Shown in pieces: positions 38,457-46,990 of a stretch of 52,330 nucleotides of DNA. The notes below the pieces were generated by a model. That model was not told the origin of the DNA. It saw nothing but the letters and a program-made list of their open reading frames with translations, and did no database searches. The translations under genes and the position numbers were made by a program. Location of the stretch: IMG/VR virus record IMGVR_UViG_3300020473_000042, positions 1 through 52,330 of that record. One strand, written 5' to 3'. This stretch comes from a virus. Lineage: Duplodnaviria; Caudoviricetes. The stretch's first letter is position 1, and each line of letters starts with the position of its first letter.

Positions 38457-38582
38457 TGGGGCCATATTTTTCCAGAATATGTTATCGAAGAACATTGTCC
38501 AACACATTACTGGCAACATATGGGTAGCCATCGGTAGGTTAGCAATGGGGCCAAACAACACCATGTTACTTGGGTAGCCATT
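38457..38582 (-). promoter_or_regulatory. Tandem RNA hairpins with an identical GG-CUAC-CC / GG-CC-CC internal loop in the scaffold 5' leader
   Basis: TGGGTAGCCA at 38521 and 38571, TGGGGCCA at 38457 and 38546; distal stems differ in sequence but each pairs. Confidence 0.75.
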
Positions 38583-38585
38583 GGT

Positions 38586-39068
38586 TTAGAGGAACATCTT
38601 AGAAAATTCTAAGTTACGATGTTCCAATTCTCTTAATTCGCCACTACCTGTACGATAGTAACGCTTATATTCTTGTTGCATTACGTCCTTTTCATCGTCT
38701 AGCGTTGCATTCACAAACTTAGGAAATTTACGCAAACCGTTAGGACCAATATTAAATACAAAATCTGTAAATATTTCTTTGCAGTTCTGGGAAAGACTGT
38801 CAAAGTCGTCACTGCCAAATTCTGATATAACTCTGCTTGCTCCTTCTGCAGCTTTTGATATGTCGCCTATAAGAAGTCTTTCCACTTCATCGTTGTCCAA
38901 GCCAGACTGCATCCACTCTTGATCGTTCTGTAGCTTGTGGCCGTAGCCTATTGTATCGTTGCCTCCTTCTGGAGAAGGGTGCGGATACCAAACGCCGTCT
39001 TTAAAGCCTATCTTGCTTCCGTTCTCTACACGTTTCATGTAGTCTATAAATTCACCACGTATGTCCAT
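38586..39068 (-). CDS. Lysozyme (GH24 / T4-type endolysin-like)
   Basis: RVENG...DTIGYGHKL...DFVFNIG..GLRKFPKF...RN. Confidence 0.85.
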   Translation of the reverse strand: MDIRGEFIDYMKRVENGSKIGFKDGVWYPHPSPEGGNDTIGYGHKLQNDQEWMQSGLDNDEVERLLIGDISKAAEGASRVISEFGSDDFDSLSQNCKEIFTDFVFNIGPNGLRKFPKFVNATLDDEKDVMQQEYKRYYRTGSGELRELEHRNLEFSKMFL

Positions 39069-42000
39069 TTAAGCTGCTTTATCTACCACTCGTTTTACAA
39101 AACCACCTTTATTTTTGTTTTCGCCACCTGTGGTAAAAAATAAATGATTTTTTGACCTATATACTGGTTCTTTATCTTTTGCAAATTTAGGCGTTTGTTT
39201 AACCCCTTTTGGATTGTAAAAGAATGTAGCTCCTTTTGTAAGGTCTGGTTCTGTAGGATCATTATTAAATATTTTTTCTGCTATAGATTTATATTTTAGA
39301 TACATTTCATTATCATCCATAGTGTTTACCATTACATTGAAGTTATTTAACCTTTTTTCAAAATCATCACTATGTTCTTTTGTACCAAAATCAGGTATTG
39401 TTGAAAACGCTCTTGGTTGCAAAATAACTTCCTTTAAACTATTTGGAAAACCTTTTTCACTAACTCTGTTTTTCATTACATGAAGTACAGCTCTCATACC
39501 ATCTTCACTAGGTAATTCACTTTCTTCTGATCTAGCTTCACCCATAGCCATTAAAACAGCCATGTCTATGTCTGGTATGTTAGAATAGGCGTTAAAATTT
39601 TCTAAAGCTTCTTTAAAATAAGGTCTTTCTTGAAGCGGTTGTTTTCTTCCAGGTATGGGAGGTGTTTGTGCCTGTTTTGCTCCATCAACAGGGCCAGCAT
39701 CTGCATACCCTTGCGGTGCTGAAAAACCTTGTTGTACTATCTTTCCAGTTGGGTCAACCATAGGAGGTTGCTGTGCTTGTTTTCTTGTGCGCTCCAATGC
39801 TTGCATTTGATTGTAAGAAGACTCTTGTGCCTGTGTTGTATCTGATTCCAACATAGCTTCTACTGTAGGTTGTTTTTGTTCGTTAGGGTTCATAACAAAG
39901 CCACCTTTTTGCATCATAGGTGCTTGAGGTGCTTGAGGTGCTTGAGCCATTTGTTGAGGTTGTTCTTCAGGCATAGGTTGCTGTTCTTGCATAGAAGGTT
40001 GTTTTTCTTCTTCTAGTCTTTTGCGTAATGCAAGACCTTCATCCCTTATCTTGTCTAGATACTTCTTACCGCCTCCAAAAAACGGCACTAGCACTTTAGG
40101 AATATGGTACTCGTAGTTGCTCACTTTTATTGGAACGTCATCTGTTGGATCTATGTCTGTTCCAGTTAATTCAATATTATTTTCCATAGCAAGTTTTATA
40201 GCTTCTCTGGCGTATCTGTTTAGTTGGTTTAAGCCTGTAAGAAGAACAGTCTCGTAAGGAAGAATGTAATCACCCTCATCTGCTTCTCTTGGTATGTCGT
40301 CCTGTACAGATTTTTGACCGCCTTGCTGTGGTTCTGCTGCTGGCGCATTTATTATACCCAGATTAGCCATGTCTGCTGGTGCGCCTTGCTGTGGCATAGG
40401 TGCTTGAGGTACTTCGCCTCCCTCTTGAAATGATATATCTGAAAAACCAGACCAATCTTCTGAAGGTGCGCCATCACTTGCAGCAGATGCATTATCTCCA
40501 GCAGATGCATCGTCATCGGACTGCCATTGTCCACCAGCTTCTTCACTTCCTTCTACTAATCCATAGTCAAAAGCTTTTGACATATCTTGAGTGCCTTCAG
40601 TGTAATCTCCGTAATAATCAAAAGCTTCTGCCATGTCTTGTTCAGGATCGTCTTGCCAACCTGCCCATCCTGCCATTGACCCCTGAGATGTTGCGAAAGG
40701 GTTGTATCGCTCAACTCCTTTTAAAGTAACCTTGTCGTCTAGTTGACCATCTGTAAAATCATAGTCATAAGTCCACGTTGGTAGTATTCCTATGCTTTGT
40801 TCATACCCTTTTTGGCTCATCATGCTTCTGGAACTATACTGTCCTCCAAGATCTGGATGTATAGAAATGCCCCCCTGAAGCATATCGTAATATTCACCAA
40901 CTCCTAAAAGATTTACTCCTTGATAATCAAAATCTTTTTCACTAAGAACATAATCCCGATCAAACAAGTTAGGATTTGGCTGCCATCCAAAATGTAGACT
41001 TTCACCATTGTCGCTGTTAGACGCACCGCCATATGCTTCTACAGCTTGATCAAATAACGGTTTTAAATTAGGATCGAACTGCCTGAAACTTGCTCTTCCA
41101 AACCCACCTCTTGCATCTATAGCTTGTTGTAAATTATTAAATCCTTCTTTTGTTGTCAGTGCTTGTTTAAAAGTGTCTTCATCACCAAACAACATTTCCC
41201 TGCCAAACTCATCTCTGTAGTTTCCGTTTGGTAAATATCCAGCAGGACCAATAGGCGTAGGATCATCAAAACCCAAACCATCTAAAATAGGAGACAAATA
41301 CTTTTTAAAAAAAGAATCTTCTCTTGCAGCTTCTCCAAATTCCCTATCTTCAAGATCTAAAGGATGGTAAGGTTTTCCAGTAAAAGGGTTAGCTTCCAGA
41401 CCGTCAAATGTTATTGCTTCTGTTCCTTCTCTCCAAAGTTCTAAAACTTTATCTGCAATTTCTTTTCCTTCTTTAGTTGAAATATCTCCAAACTCGCCTC
41501 TGTTGTACCATTCTTCCATTTGATCTGCAGAAGCTCCTGAAACATTGTAATACAAATCTTTTTTACCTGATTGTACATCTTTTATATTGCCGAACATATT
41601 TGAAGCTAGGCTTCCTACACTTGCTGGAGATCCTGATACAATTCCTGCTATGGCTCCAAGAATACCTCCAAAACCTATTTCTCCAGGAAAAGATATGGCT
41701 CCTGCTGAACCAGATAGATCATCTGCGTCTGCGCTAGTTTCAAGTTGTTCTGTAGTTATAGGTCTTCGTTGTTGAACAGCAAGAGAAGTTTCAGTAGCAG
41801 GAGCATCTACTGAGGCGGTAGCAGCAGCTTGTGTTTGCCCTTGTGCTGCAGCAGTTCTTCCTGCAAATCCGCTAAAAGGAGCTTGAGCAAAAGTTTTAGC
41901 ACCGCTTGGCAACAATCCAGATGTTATCCCTGCTCTGTAAAATGAAGGGGCTGTAACACCAGCAGGTATGTCTGGGAGCAACTCAGAAGATGTTAGACCT

Positions 42001-42170
42001 GCGCCTTCCTGTAATCTTCTAACTATTTCAGGCCAAGATAATTTTCTTTTGCCTCCTAAAGTTGTAACACCAACAGGAGCTATAGTTCCAGGAGTTATGG
42101 TAGTTCCTGTTTCTACACCTAATGCGCTTTCTAATTGTGTAGCTAAATTTTCAAGTGTTGTGTCTGCCAT
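39069..42170 (-). CDS. Large putative virion protein with C-terminal SleB/Hydrolase_2 cell-wall hydrolase domain
   Basis: MGEARSE..GMRAVLHVMKNRV..FPNSLKEVILQPRAFS..DLTKGATFFYNP..NHLFF; also DDIP...EGDYILP and repeated xxGGxV. Confidence 0.8.
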   Translation of the reverse strand: MADTTLENLATQLESALGVETGTTITPGTIAPVGVTTLGGKRKLSWPEIVRRLQEGAGLTSSELLPDIPAGVTAPSFYRAGITSGLLPSGAKTFAQAPFSGFAGRTAAAQGQTQAAATASVDAPATETSLAVQQRRPITTEQLETSADADDLSGSAGAISFPGEIGFGGILGAIAGIVSGSPASVGSLASNMFGNIKDVQSGKKDLYYNVSGASADQMEEWYNRGEFGDISTKEGKEIADKVLELWREGTEAITFDGLEANPFTGKPYHPLDLEDREFGEAAREDSFFKKYLSPILDGLGFDDPTPIGPAGYLPNGNYRDEFGREMLFGDEDTFKQALTTKEGFNNLQQAIDARGGFGRASFRQFDPNLKPLFDQAVEAYGGASNSDNGESLHFGWQPNPNLFDRDYVLSEKDFDYQGVNLLGVGEYYDMLQGGISIHPDLGGQYSSRSMMSQKGYEQSIGILPTWTYDYDFTDGQLDDKVTLKGVERYNPFATSQGSMAGWAGWQDDPEQDMAEAFDYYGDYTEGTQDMSKAFDYGLVEGSEEAGGQWQSDDDASAGDNASAASDGAPSEDWSGFSDISFQEGGEVPQAPMPQQGAPADMANLGIINAPAAEPQQGGQKSVQDDIPREADEGDYILPYETVLLTGLNQLNRYAREAIKLAMENNIELTGTDIDPTDDVPIKVSNYEYHIPKVLVPFFGGGKKYLDKIRDEGLALRKRLEEEKQPSMQEQQPMPEEQPQQMAQAPQAPQAPMMQKGGFVMNPNEQKQPTVEAMLESDTTQAQESSYNQMQALERTRKQAQQPPMVDPTGKIVQQGFSAPQGYADAGPVDGAKQAQTPPIPGRKQPLQERPYFKEALENFNAYSNIPDIDMAVLMAMGEARSEESELPSEDGMRAVLHVMKNRVSEKGFPNSLKEVILQPRAFSTIPDFGTKEHSDDFEKRLNNFNVMVNTMDDNEMYLKYKSIAEKIFNNDPTEPDLTKGATFFYNPKGVKQTPKFAKDKEPVYRSKNHLFFTTGGENKNKGGFVKRVVDKAA

Positions 42171-42396
42171 CCTTATGTGCCTTTATTGTAGCTTGCGTTG
42201 CATCTTTTAAATTAATTAAGATTTCCAGTAAAGCCAGCTTCCCCTGCAGTCGGCGCACTTCCAATTCCGATACCTCCACCACCAACTGCTGTCTCATCAT
42301 TTGGGCCAGTTCCTTCAGGTAACTCTCCAGTCCCTCCCATTCCAGTTGGCTGTTGGCTAGTGGCAGCAGCTTCTGCGCCTGTTCCTTGTTGATCAT
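42151..42396 (-). CDS. Small helical protein overprinted on the portal 3' end
   Basis: 81 aa, RRLQGKLALLE; AAAGGGG RBS; bridges portal to the next gene. Confidence 0.7.
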   Translation of the reverse strand: MINKEQAQKLLPLANSQLEWEGLESYLKELAQMMRQQLVVEVSELEVRRLQGKLALLEILINLKDATQATIKAHKDGRHNT

Positions 42397-44338
42397 TTGG
42401 CATTAACCCCTTTAACATTTCAGCAAAAATTGCTGCATCGCTCATATCGTTTACTAACTCATCAGGGTCCATATCTTGACTTATGGCAAGCTCCCTGATT
42501 AGGTTTGGTATCTTAATGAACGGTGCTAGCATCGGATTCGCAACTGTCTGGAGTAAAGCTGTTAATCGTTGTGTGCGTACTTCTTTTTGTATTACTGCGC
42601 TGGTTCCTTTAGGTTTAATCTCAAGATCACCTATCTTTTCTGGTGTTCTCTCGTTAAACTGCATGTTCCACTGAAAGAAAGACTCTCCTAGTGGCTTCAG
42701 TAAAAAGTCATCTATGTTCTTTATTACTGTCTTTACACTCAATCCTGCGCTGGACATTAACATGCTTAGTCCAGCAGCAGTACGTCCTGTTCCTGTAACG
42801 CCTGTCTGTCCGTGTACAATAGAGGGTATTCCTGTCTGTTCGTCTGCAAGCTGCCTTGCTTTGTCGAACATCTGTACATTTTCACCAGCAGTGCTAGGAA
42901 ACTTTATGCCGTTAACTGCAGTACCTGTAACACCAGACTGCCTCCTGAATATTTTTCCAGGATATACGTCCATTGTCTGTCCAGGTACAAGCTGAGTTTC
43001 GTCTATATCGAATACAAGATTACCAGCTAATGCTAGGTTATCTATTGCCATACGAATGTGACCATTCATCAGCATCTGGCTATCCTCCATGTTCTCAGCA
43101 ACACCTACACCAAATAGCTGGTAGGGGTTGAGTTCGTATGGAAAAGCCTGATAAGGTATTCTTGCAGGTATAAAAGGGTTAGCTACGAATCTGAGGATTT
43201 CGTTTCCTGAGATCCAGATGTTGACTTGGATTGCGTCACCTTGCTTAACTTCTCTTGGAGCTTCAATACCGATTTCTTCAGCAAACTTCGCATCCATTGT
43301 ACCCCAATACTCAAATATTTCAAAACGCCGTCCTTGATAATTCGGATCATCGTCATTAGCATAGAGAGTAGTTTCATAATACTTTTCTTCGTAATTTGGA
43401 CCACTTTGTAAAACATTTTCTATTGCCTCTTGGTTAAAGAATGGACGATTAGTAAGATCACGTACCTGCTCTCTGTTCATTCTGTGTCGCTGTATCACGT
43501 AATCTGCATCTTCCAGACTTGTAGCACTGGGGTCTGGATAAAAATCCCAACAGCTAACAGCTTCTACTCTAGGTACTGTTCTGTCGATAGGGCTGTATTG
43601 ACCGCCCTCCCAGTTGTGTATTGTTTTGTTATAATTAAACGGACCTTTTACTATTCCAGTTCCAAGCAAAGCACACTCGAATATAGAGTGTCTCAAAACA
43701 GTCACTGCATTAGTGTCTAGTAGCTGATCGTGTATGCAAGTTTCCATGTTTCTTGCTGCTTCTGCTGCTGGACTTATCTGTGGTTCGCCCATACGTGCAG
43801 GGCCAGAAGCCAGATTAGCACCTTCGTACTTGTCTTCTAGTCCTCCAAGTTCTGCTGCTTGCGGTCCTTGCTGCTGTTGCTGCATAGGTGTTGCTTGCAT
43901 AGCTCCTGGAAGTAGCTCCATGCCATCACCTTCAAACCCAACATCATCAGGAGAACCTTCTTGAACTGGAAATGGAGACAGGTGAGCATACTTGTCAATG
44001 CCTTCTGGCATAGGAGTCGCCTGAACAGATATAGGAAACTTATTGTTAGCAAAGAGTATATCTATAATTTGACCGTAAGCTGCTAGAACTTTAGTCTTGG
44101 TTATCTTGACAAAGACTTGACTGCGCTCGTTATCTCTGTACTGAGTTGTCGAGTCGTAGATACCACGATAATTCTTGTACGCTTTAAGCCAGCGTTCTTC
44201 ATCGCTTCTCCTTCCTGTCTCTGCATCAGAAAACCTAGCCTTAACAGATCCTATGACACTGTTATAGTCTTCACGCTTATCGTCTAAATTAATTAGCCCT
44301 TCTGTCTCTTCATCGTCTAGAAAAGATTGATCAGCCAT
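42212..44338 (-). CDS. Portal protein
   Basis: WLKAYKNYRG..RSQVFVKITKTKVLAAY..LGTGIVKGP..VSCWDFYPDP..RMAIDNLAL..RTAAGLSMLM; downstream of TerL. Confidence 0.92.
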   Translation of the reverse strand: MADQSFLDDEETEGLINLDDKREDYNSVIGSVKARFSDAETGRRSDEERWLKAYKNYRGIYDSTTQYRDNERSQVFVKITKTKVLAAYGQIIDILFANNKFPISVQATPMPEGIDKYAHLSPFPVQEGSPDDVGFEGDGMELLPGAMQATPMQQQQQGPQAAELGGLEDKYEGANLASGPARMGEPQISPAAEAARNMETCIHDQLLDTNAVTVLRHSIFECALLGTGIVKGPFNYNKTIHNWEGGQYSPIDRTVPRVEAVSCWDFYPDPSATSLEDADYVIQRHRMNREQVRDLTNRPFFNQEAIENVLQSGPNYEEKYYETTLYANDDDPNYQGRRFEIFEYWGTMDAKFAEEIGIEAPREVKQGDAIQVNIWISGNEILRFVANPFIPARIPYQAFPYELNPYQLFGVGVAENMEDSQMLMNGHIRMAIDNLALAGNLVFDIDETQLVPGQTMDVYPGKIFRRQSGVTGTAVNGIKFPSTAGENVQMFDKARQLADEQTGIPSIVHGQTGVTGTGRTAAGLSMLMSSAGLSVKTVIKNIDDFLLKPLGESFFQWNMQFNERTPEKIGDLEIKPKGTSAVIQKEVRTQRLTALLQTVANPMLAPFIKIPNLIRELAISQDMDPDELVNDMSDAAIFAEMLKGLMPNDQQGTGAEAAATSQQPTGMGGTGELPEGTGPNDETAVGGGGIGIGSAPTAGEAGFTGNLN

Positions 44339-44354
44339 GTTTTACTCTCTTTAG

Positions 44355-44591
44355 TTAGCCGTTGATCCCTTGTTGTTTATCAGCAGCCATAATCATAGCA
44401 GCTTGGCCCATATGCTTGTTACCTGATTCTGCAGGAGCATCTTCAGTCAACTTGCCTATGTCTATTTTAGTGCCGAACTCAAGTTTTTCCCTATACAGTG
44501 CAGACTCATTGCAATCGCTAAGTTCGCCTTGTTTTTTCATCTGGCCCATGATGTAACCAGATTTGTATGCTTGTGGATTACCGTATGGCAT
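44355..44591 (-). CDS. Small hypothetical protein upstream of portal
   Basis: 78 aa; AGGAGG RBS. Confidence 0.75.
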   Translation of the reverse strand: MPYGNPQAYKSGYIMGQMKKQGELSDCNESALYREKLEFGTKIDIGKLTEDAPAESGNKHMGQAAMIMAADKQQGING

Positions 44592-44626
44592 TGTAATACC
44601 CTCCTTTTGGGTTGTAGTGGTTAAAC

Positions 44627-46990
44627 TTATCTTGTTGTTGGAAATTCTTCAGAAGATTCACCTGTTCTTTCAAAGTAATCTTCGTATTCTTTTATAAAAC
44701 CTGTTCTTTTAGGTTGAAATTTGTCTTCTGTAAGCCCCATAGACACAGCTTCTCTTTCAGCAGTGTCTTGTCTTTTTAAAAAACCTTTCATTTCATCTGC
44801 ATATCGACTTGAAGCTTCTTTTTCTAAAAGCATTAATTCATCTTCTCTTGTTCTTGGTCTGGTAGTGTATTCTTCTTCTGTTGGAAATTCTTCTGCAGTT
44901 GGATCTGCTTTCGCCATGTTTGGGAAATATACTCCTCTGGGTACAGCATATTCAGTGTCTTCTTCAAATTTATCTGGTATTCCTCTTTCTGCTTCCATTC
45001 TTTGTTGCATAGCGTCAAACAGTTCAGGATCTTCTAAATCTTCAATAGGTCTTTCTCCTGCAGGTCCAGCTTCAGCAGCTTGAAAAGCTAACTCAATACC
45101 TGCTTCTCCTAACATTGCTTGAGGGGCAACTGCTGCTAGGGCCAAACCGCCTATTATTCTTTTACCAGCTTTAGATTTTAAAGCTTCTAGAGCCTCTTCA
45201 GATCCATCTTTTGCCAGATCTATTAATTTTCGTAATTTTTTATCAGCATCTTTATTTTTTGCATCTGCTTCGTTTAATATAGCTTGTTTTAGTTCGTCTT
45301 TATCTCCAGTTGCTCTTGCTTCATTTATTTGTCGTGTATTGTCAGCAGGAGGAGTATCTGATTCTATGTCCTCTCCTACAATAGACTGTCCTTTTCTCAG
45401 CCTATCTTTAATTCCTCCTCTGCCTCCCCCTGTCCTTGCACTGGATATAGCACCTCTTCTGACTAACTCATCAAACATGCCTTGAAATTTAGTAGCTAAA
45501 TCAGTTAACTGTCCCTTAAAATTAGCCATTCCCTCTTGAACAGTAGATGCTAAGTTGACAGCCATCCTACTAAAAGCATCGTAGTTAGGCATCTCTGTAA
45601 CGTCAGGTATCTTTCCTTCTGGGTGCGTAAGTCTGTTAGGATGATTTTCGTATCCAGGTTTTATTCCATCTTGTGAAAAAGTGTCTTCCTCAAAACCCAT
45701 ATTTGGAATAAGGCTTAGTGCATCTTGAGTTACTCTGCTTAATGAAGCTAATATTCTTCCAGAAGATAATCCTCTGCTGTCTATTGCTTCTGATACTTCT
45801 CCTACATAGTCTTCTTCGTTAATTCCAAATGCGCTTAAAAAAGCTCTTGGACTGATAAAGTCCGAATACCCTACTAATCTACTTTCTAAAGTTCTTAATG
45901 CTTGTTTTCCAAACTCTATTCTTTCACCAGAATTGATATACTTAGTTGCTTCATCTGTTCTTGCTCTTCCAGTTACCATCTTTCTTTCAATTAAAGTAAA
46001 ATCTCCTACCATAGACTCCATGTTGTTTCTTAAATATTTCATTAAAAAACCAGTTTCTTTAGGTTTAGTTCCTGCTAAATCTTTTTCAACTGTAATTCTG
46101 TGTTCATTTCCTAAATTTCTAGCTATGTCGTCTGCTATGTTATCAGTTATATTTGAACCATACGTACCATGACCTTTTGGAAAAAGTTTTCCATCTTTTT
46201 TTCTTTTAGTGTTAGGAGACTTTTCTCTTTCTTTAATAATCTGATTTAGAATTTCTCTTGAAACGTCACCAAAAATAACTGTAGTTTTGTACCCACCTTT
46301 TGTTTCAGGAATAGATAAAGTACCATTATTTAAGTCTATATCCTCTAAAGCTATTCTTCCCATTTCTTCAAGACGAAGACCTGTTGTATACTTTAATAAA
46401 CCAAACAATTTAGACATTCTGTCTACTTTAGTGTTTTCACTTAAAGATTTTATAAAAGCTTTTTGAAAGTTAGGAGGTAGATTTACAATATCTCTAGATC
46501 TTTTTTCTTGAAGATGAAAATAACTTTCTTTCAACTTACCTAAAGTATTTTGAAGTTTTTGTATTCCGTCTAAACCTGCATAATTACTTATTGACTTAAT
46601 ATAAGAAGCCATATCAGCTTTAGAGTAATTACTAAGACCTTGCTTTTCTAATAGTCCATCAGGCTTAAACAGTGCTTTTATAACACCTGCACTGTTTAGC
46701 TCTTTTAATGTTAAGTCTGAAGCTTGTACCAGCTTACCATCCCCAAGATCTATAGTAGTTTCTCTCAGTTTTGTAAGAACGCCCTTTAAAGCACTTGCTG
46801 CACCTCTTGAATAAGCACCACTTCGATTAGCAGTAGGATAAATCTCATTTCCATCTGCATCAAAAAGATCCTTGACCCCTCTTTCTTTCATACTCTGAAG
46901 AATAGCTTGCTCAAAGTTGCTATCAGGAGATATAGCTGCTTCTTGTGAAATATCTATTTCTGTAAGTAATTCTGTTACTTCGTCTGCCAT
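44627..46990 (-). CDS. 787-aa protein with a tyrosine-recombinase (integrase-family) catalytic domain and a long acidic C-terminal region
   Basis: TTGLR206LEEM..I..EDIDL..GTLSIPETKGG..LFP..K318YLR321..TGR342..TKY351; TAATG-coupled to TerL. Confidence 0.75.
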   Translation of the reverse strand: MADEVTELLTEIDISQEAAISPDSNFEQAILQSMKERGVKDLFDADGNEIYPTANRSGAYSRGAASALKGVLTKLRETTIDLGDGKLVQASDLTLKELNSAGVIKALFKPDGLLEKQGLSNYSKADMASYIKSISNYAGLDGIQKLQNTLGKLKESYFHLQEKRSRDIVNLPPNFQKAFIKSLSENTKVDRMSKLFGLLKYTTGLRLEEMGRIALEDIDLNNGTLSIPETKGGYKTTVIFGDVSREILNQIIKEREKSPNTKRKKDGKLFPKGHGTYGSNITDNIADDIARNLGNEHRITVEKDLAGTKPKETGFLMKYLRNNMESMVGDFTLIERKMVTGRARTDEATKYINSGERIEFGKQALRTLESRLVGYSDFISPRAFLSAFGINEEDYVGEVSEAIDSRGLSSGRILASLSRVTQDALSLIPNMGFEEDTFSQDGIKPGYENHPNRLTHPEGKIPDVTEMPNYDAFSRMAVNLASTVQEGMANFKGQLTDLATKFQGMFDELVRRGAISSARTGGGRGGIKDRLRKGQSIVGEDIESDTPPADNTRQINEARATGDKDELKQAILNEADAKNKDADKKLRKLIDLAKDGSEEALEALKSKAGKRIIGGLALAAVAPQAMLGEAGIELAFQAAEAGPAGERPIEDLEDPELFDAMQQRMEAERGIPDKFEEDTEYAVPRGVYFPNMAKADPTAEEFPTEEEYTTRPRTREDELMLLEKEASSRYADEMKGFLKRQDTAEREAVSMGLTEDKFQPKRTGFIKEYEDYFERTGESSEEFPTTR

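Noticed and set aside
39921-39946. 9-bp tandem repeat (TGCTTGAGG); also EPKP repeats near 9335-9370
   Set aside because: In-frame low-complexity linkers (QAPQAP, EPKPEPKP), not regulatory repeats
44627-46990. Calling the phage temperate or the window a prophage because of the integrase-like domain
   Set aside because: No host genes, repressor or att duplication are visible; gene position and catalytic substitutions are atypical of lysogeny integrases
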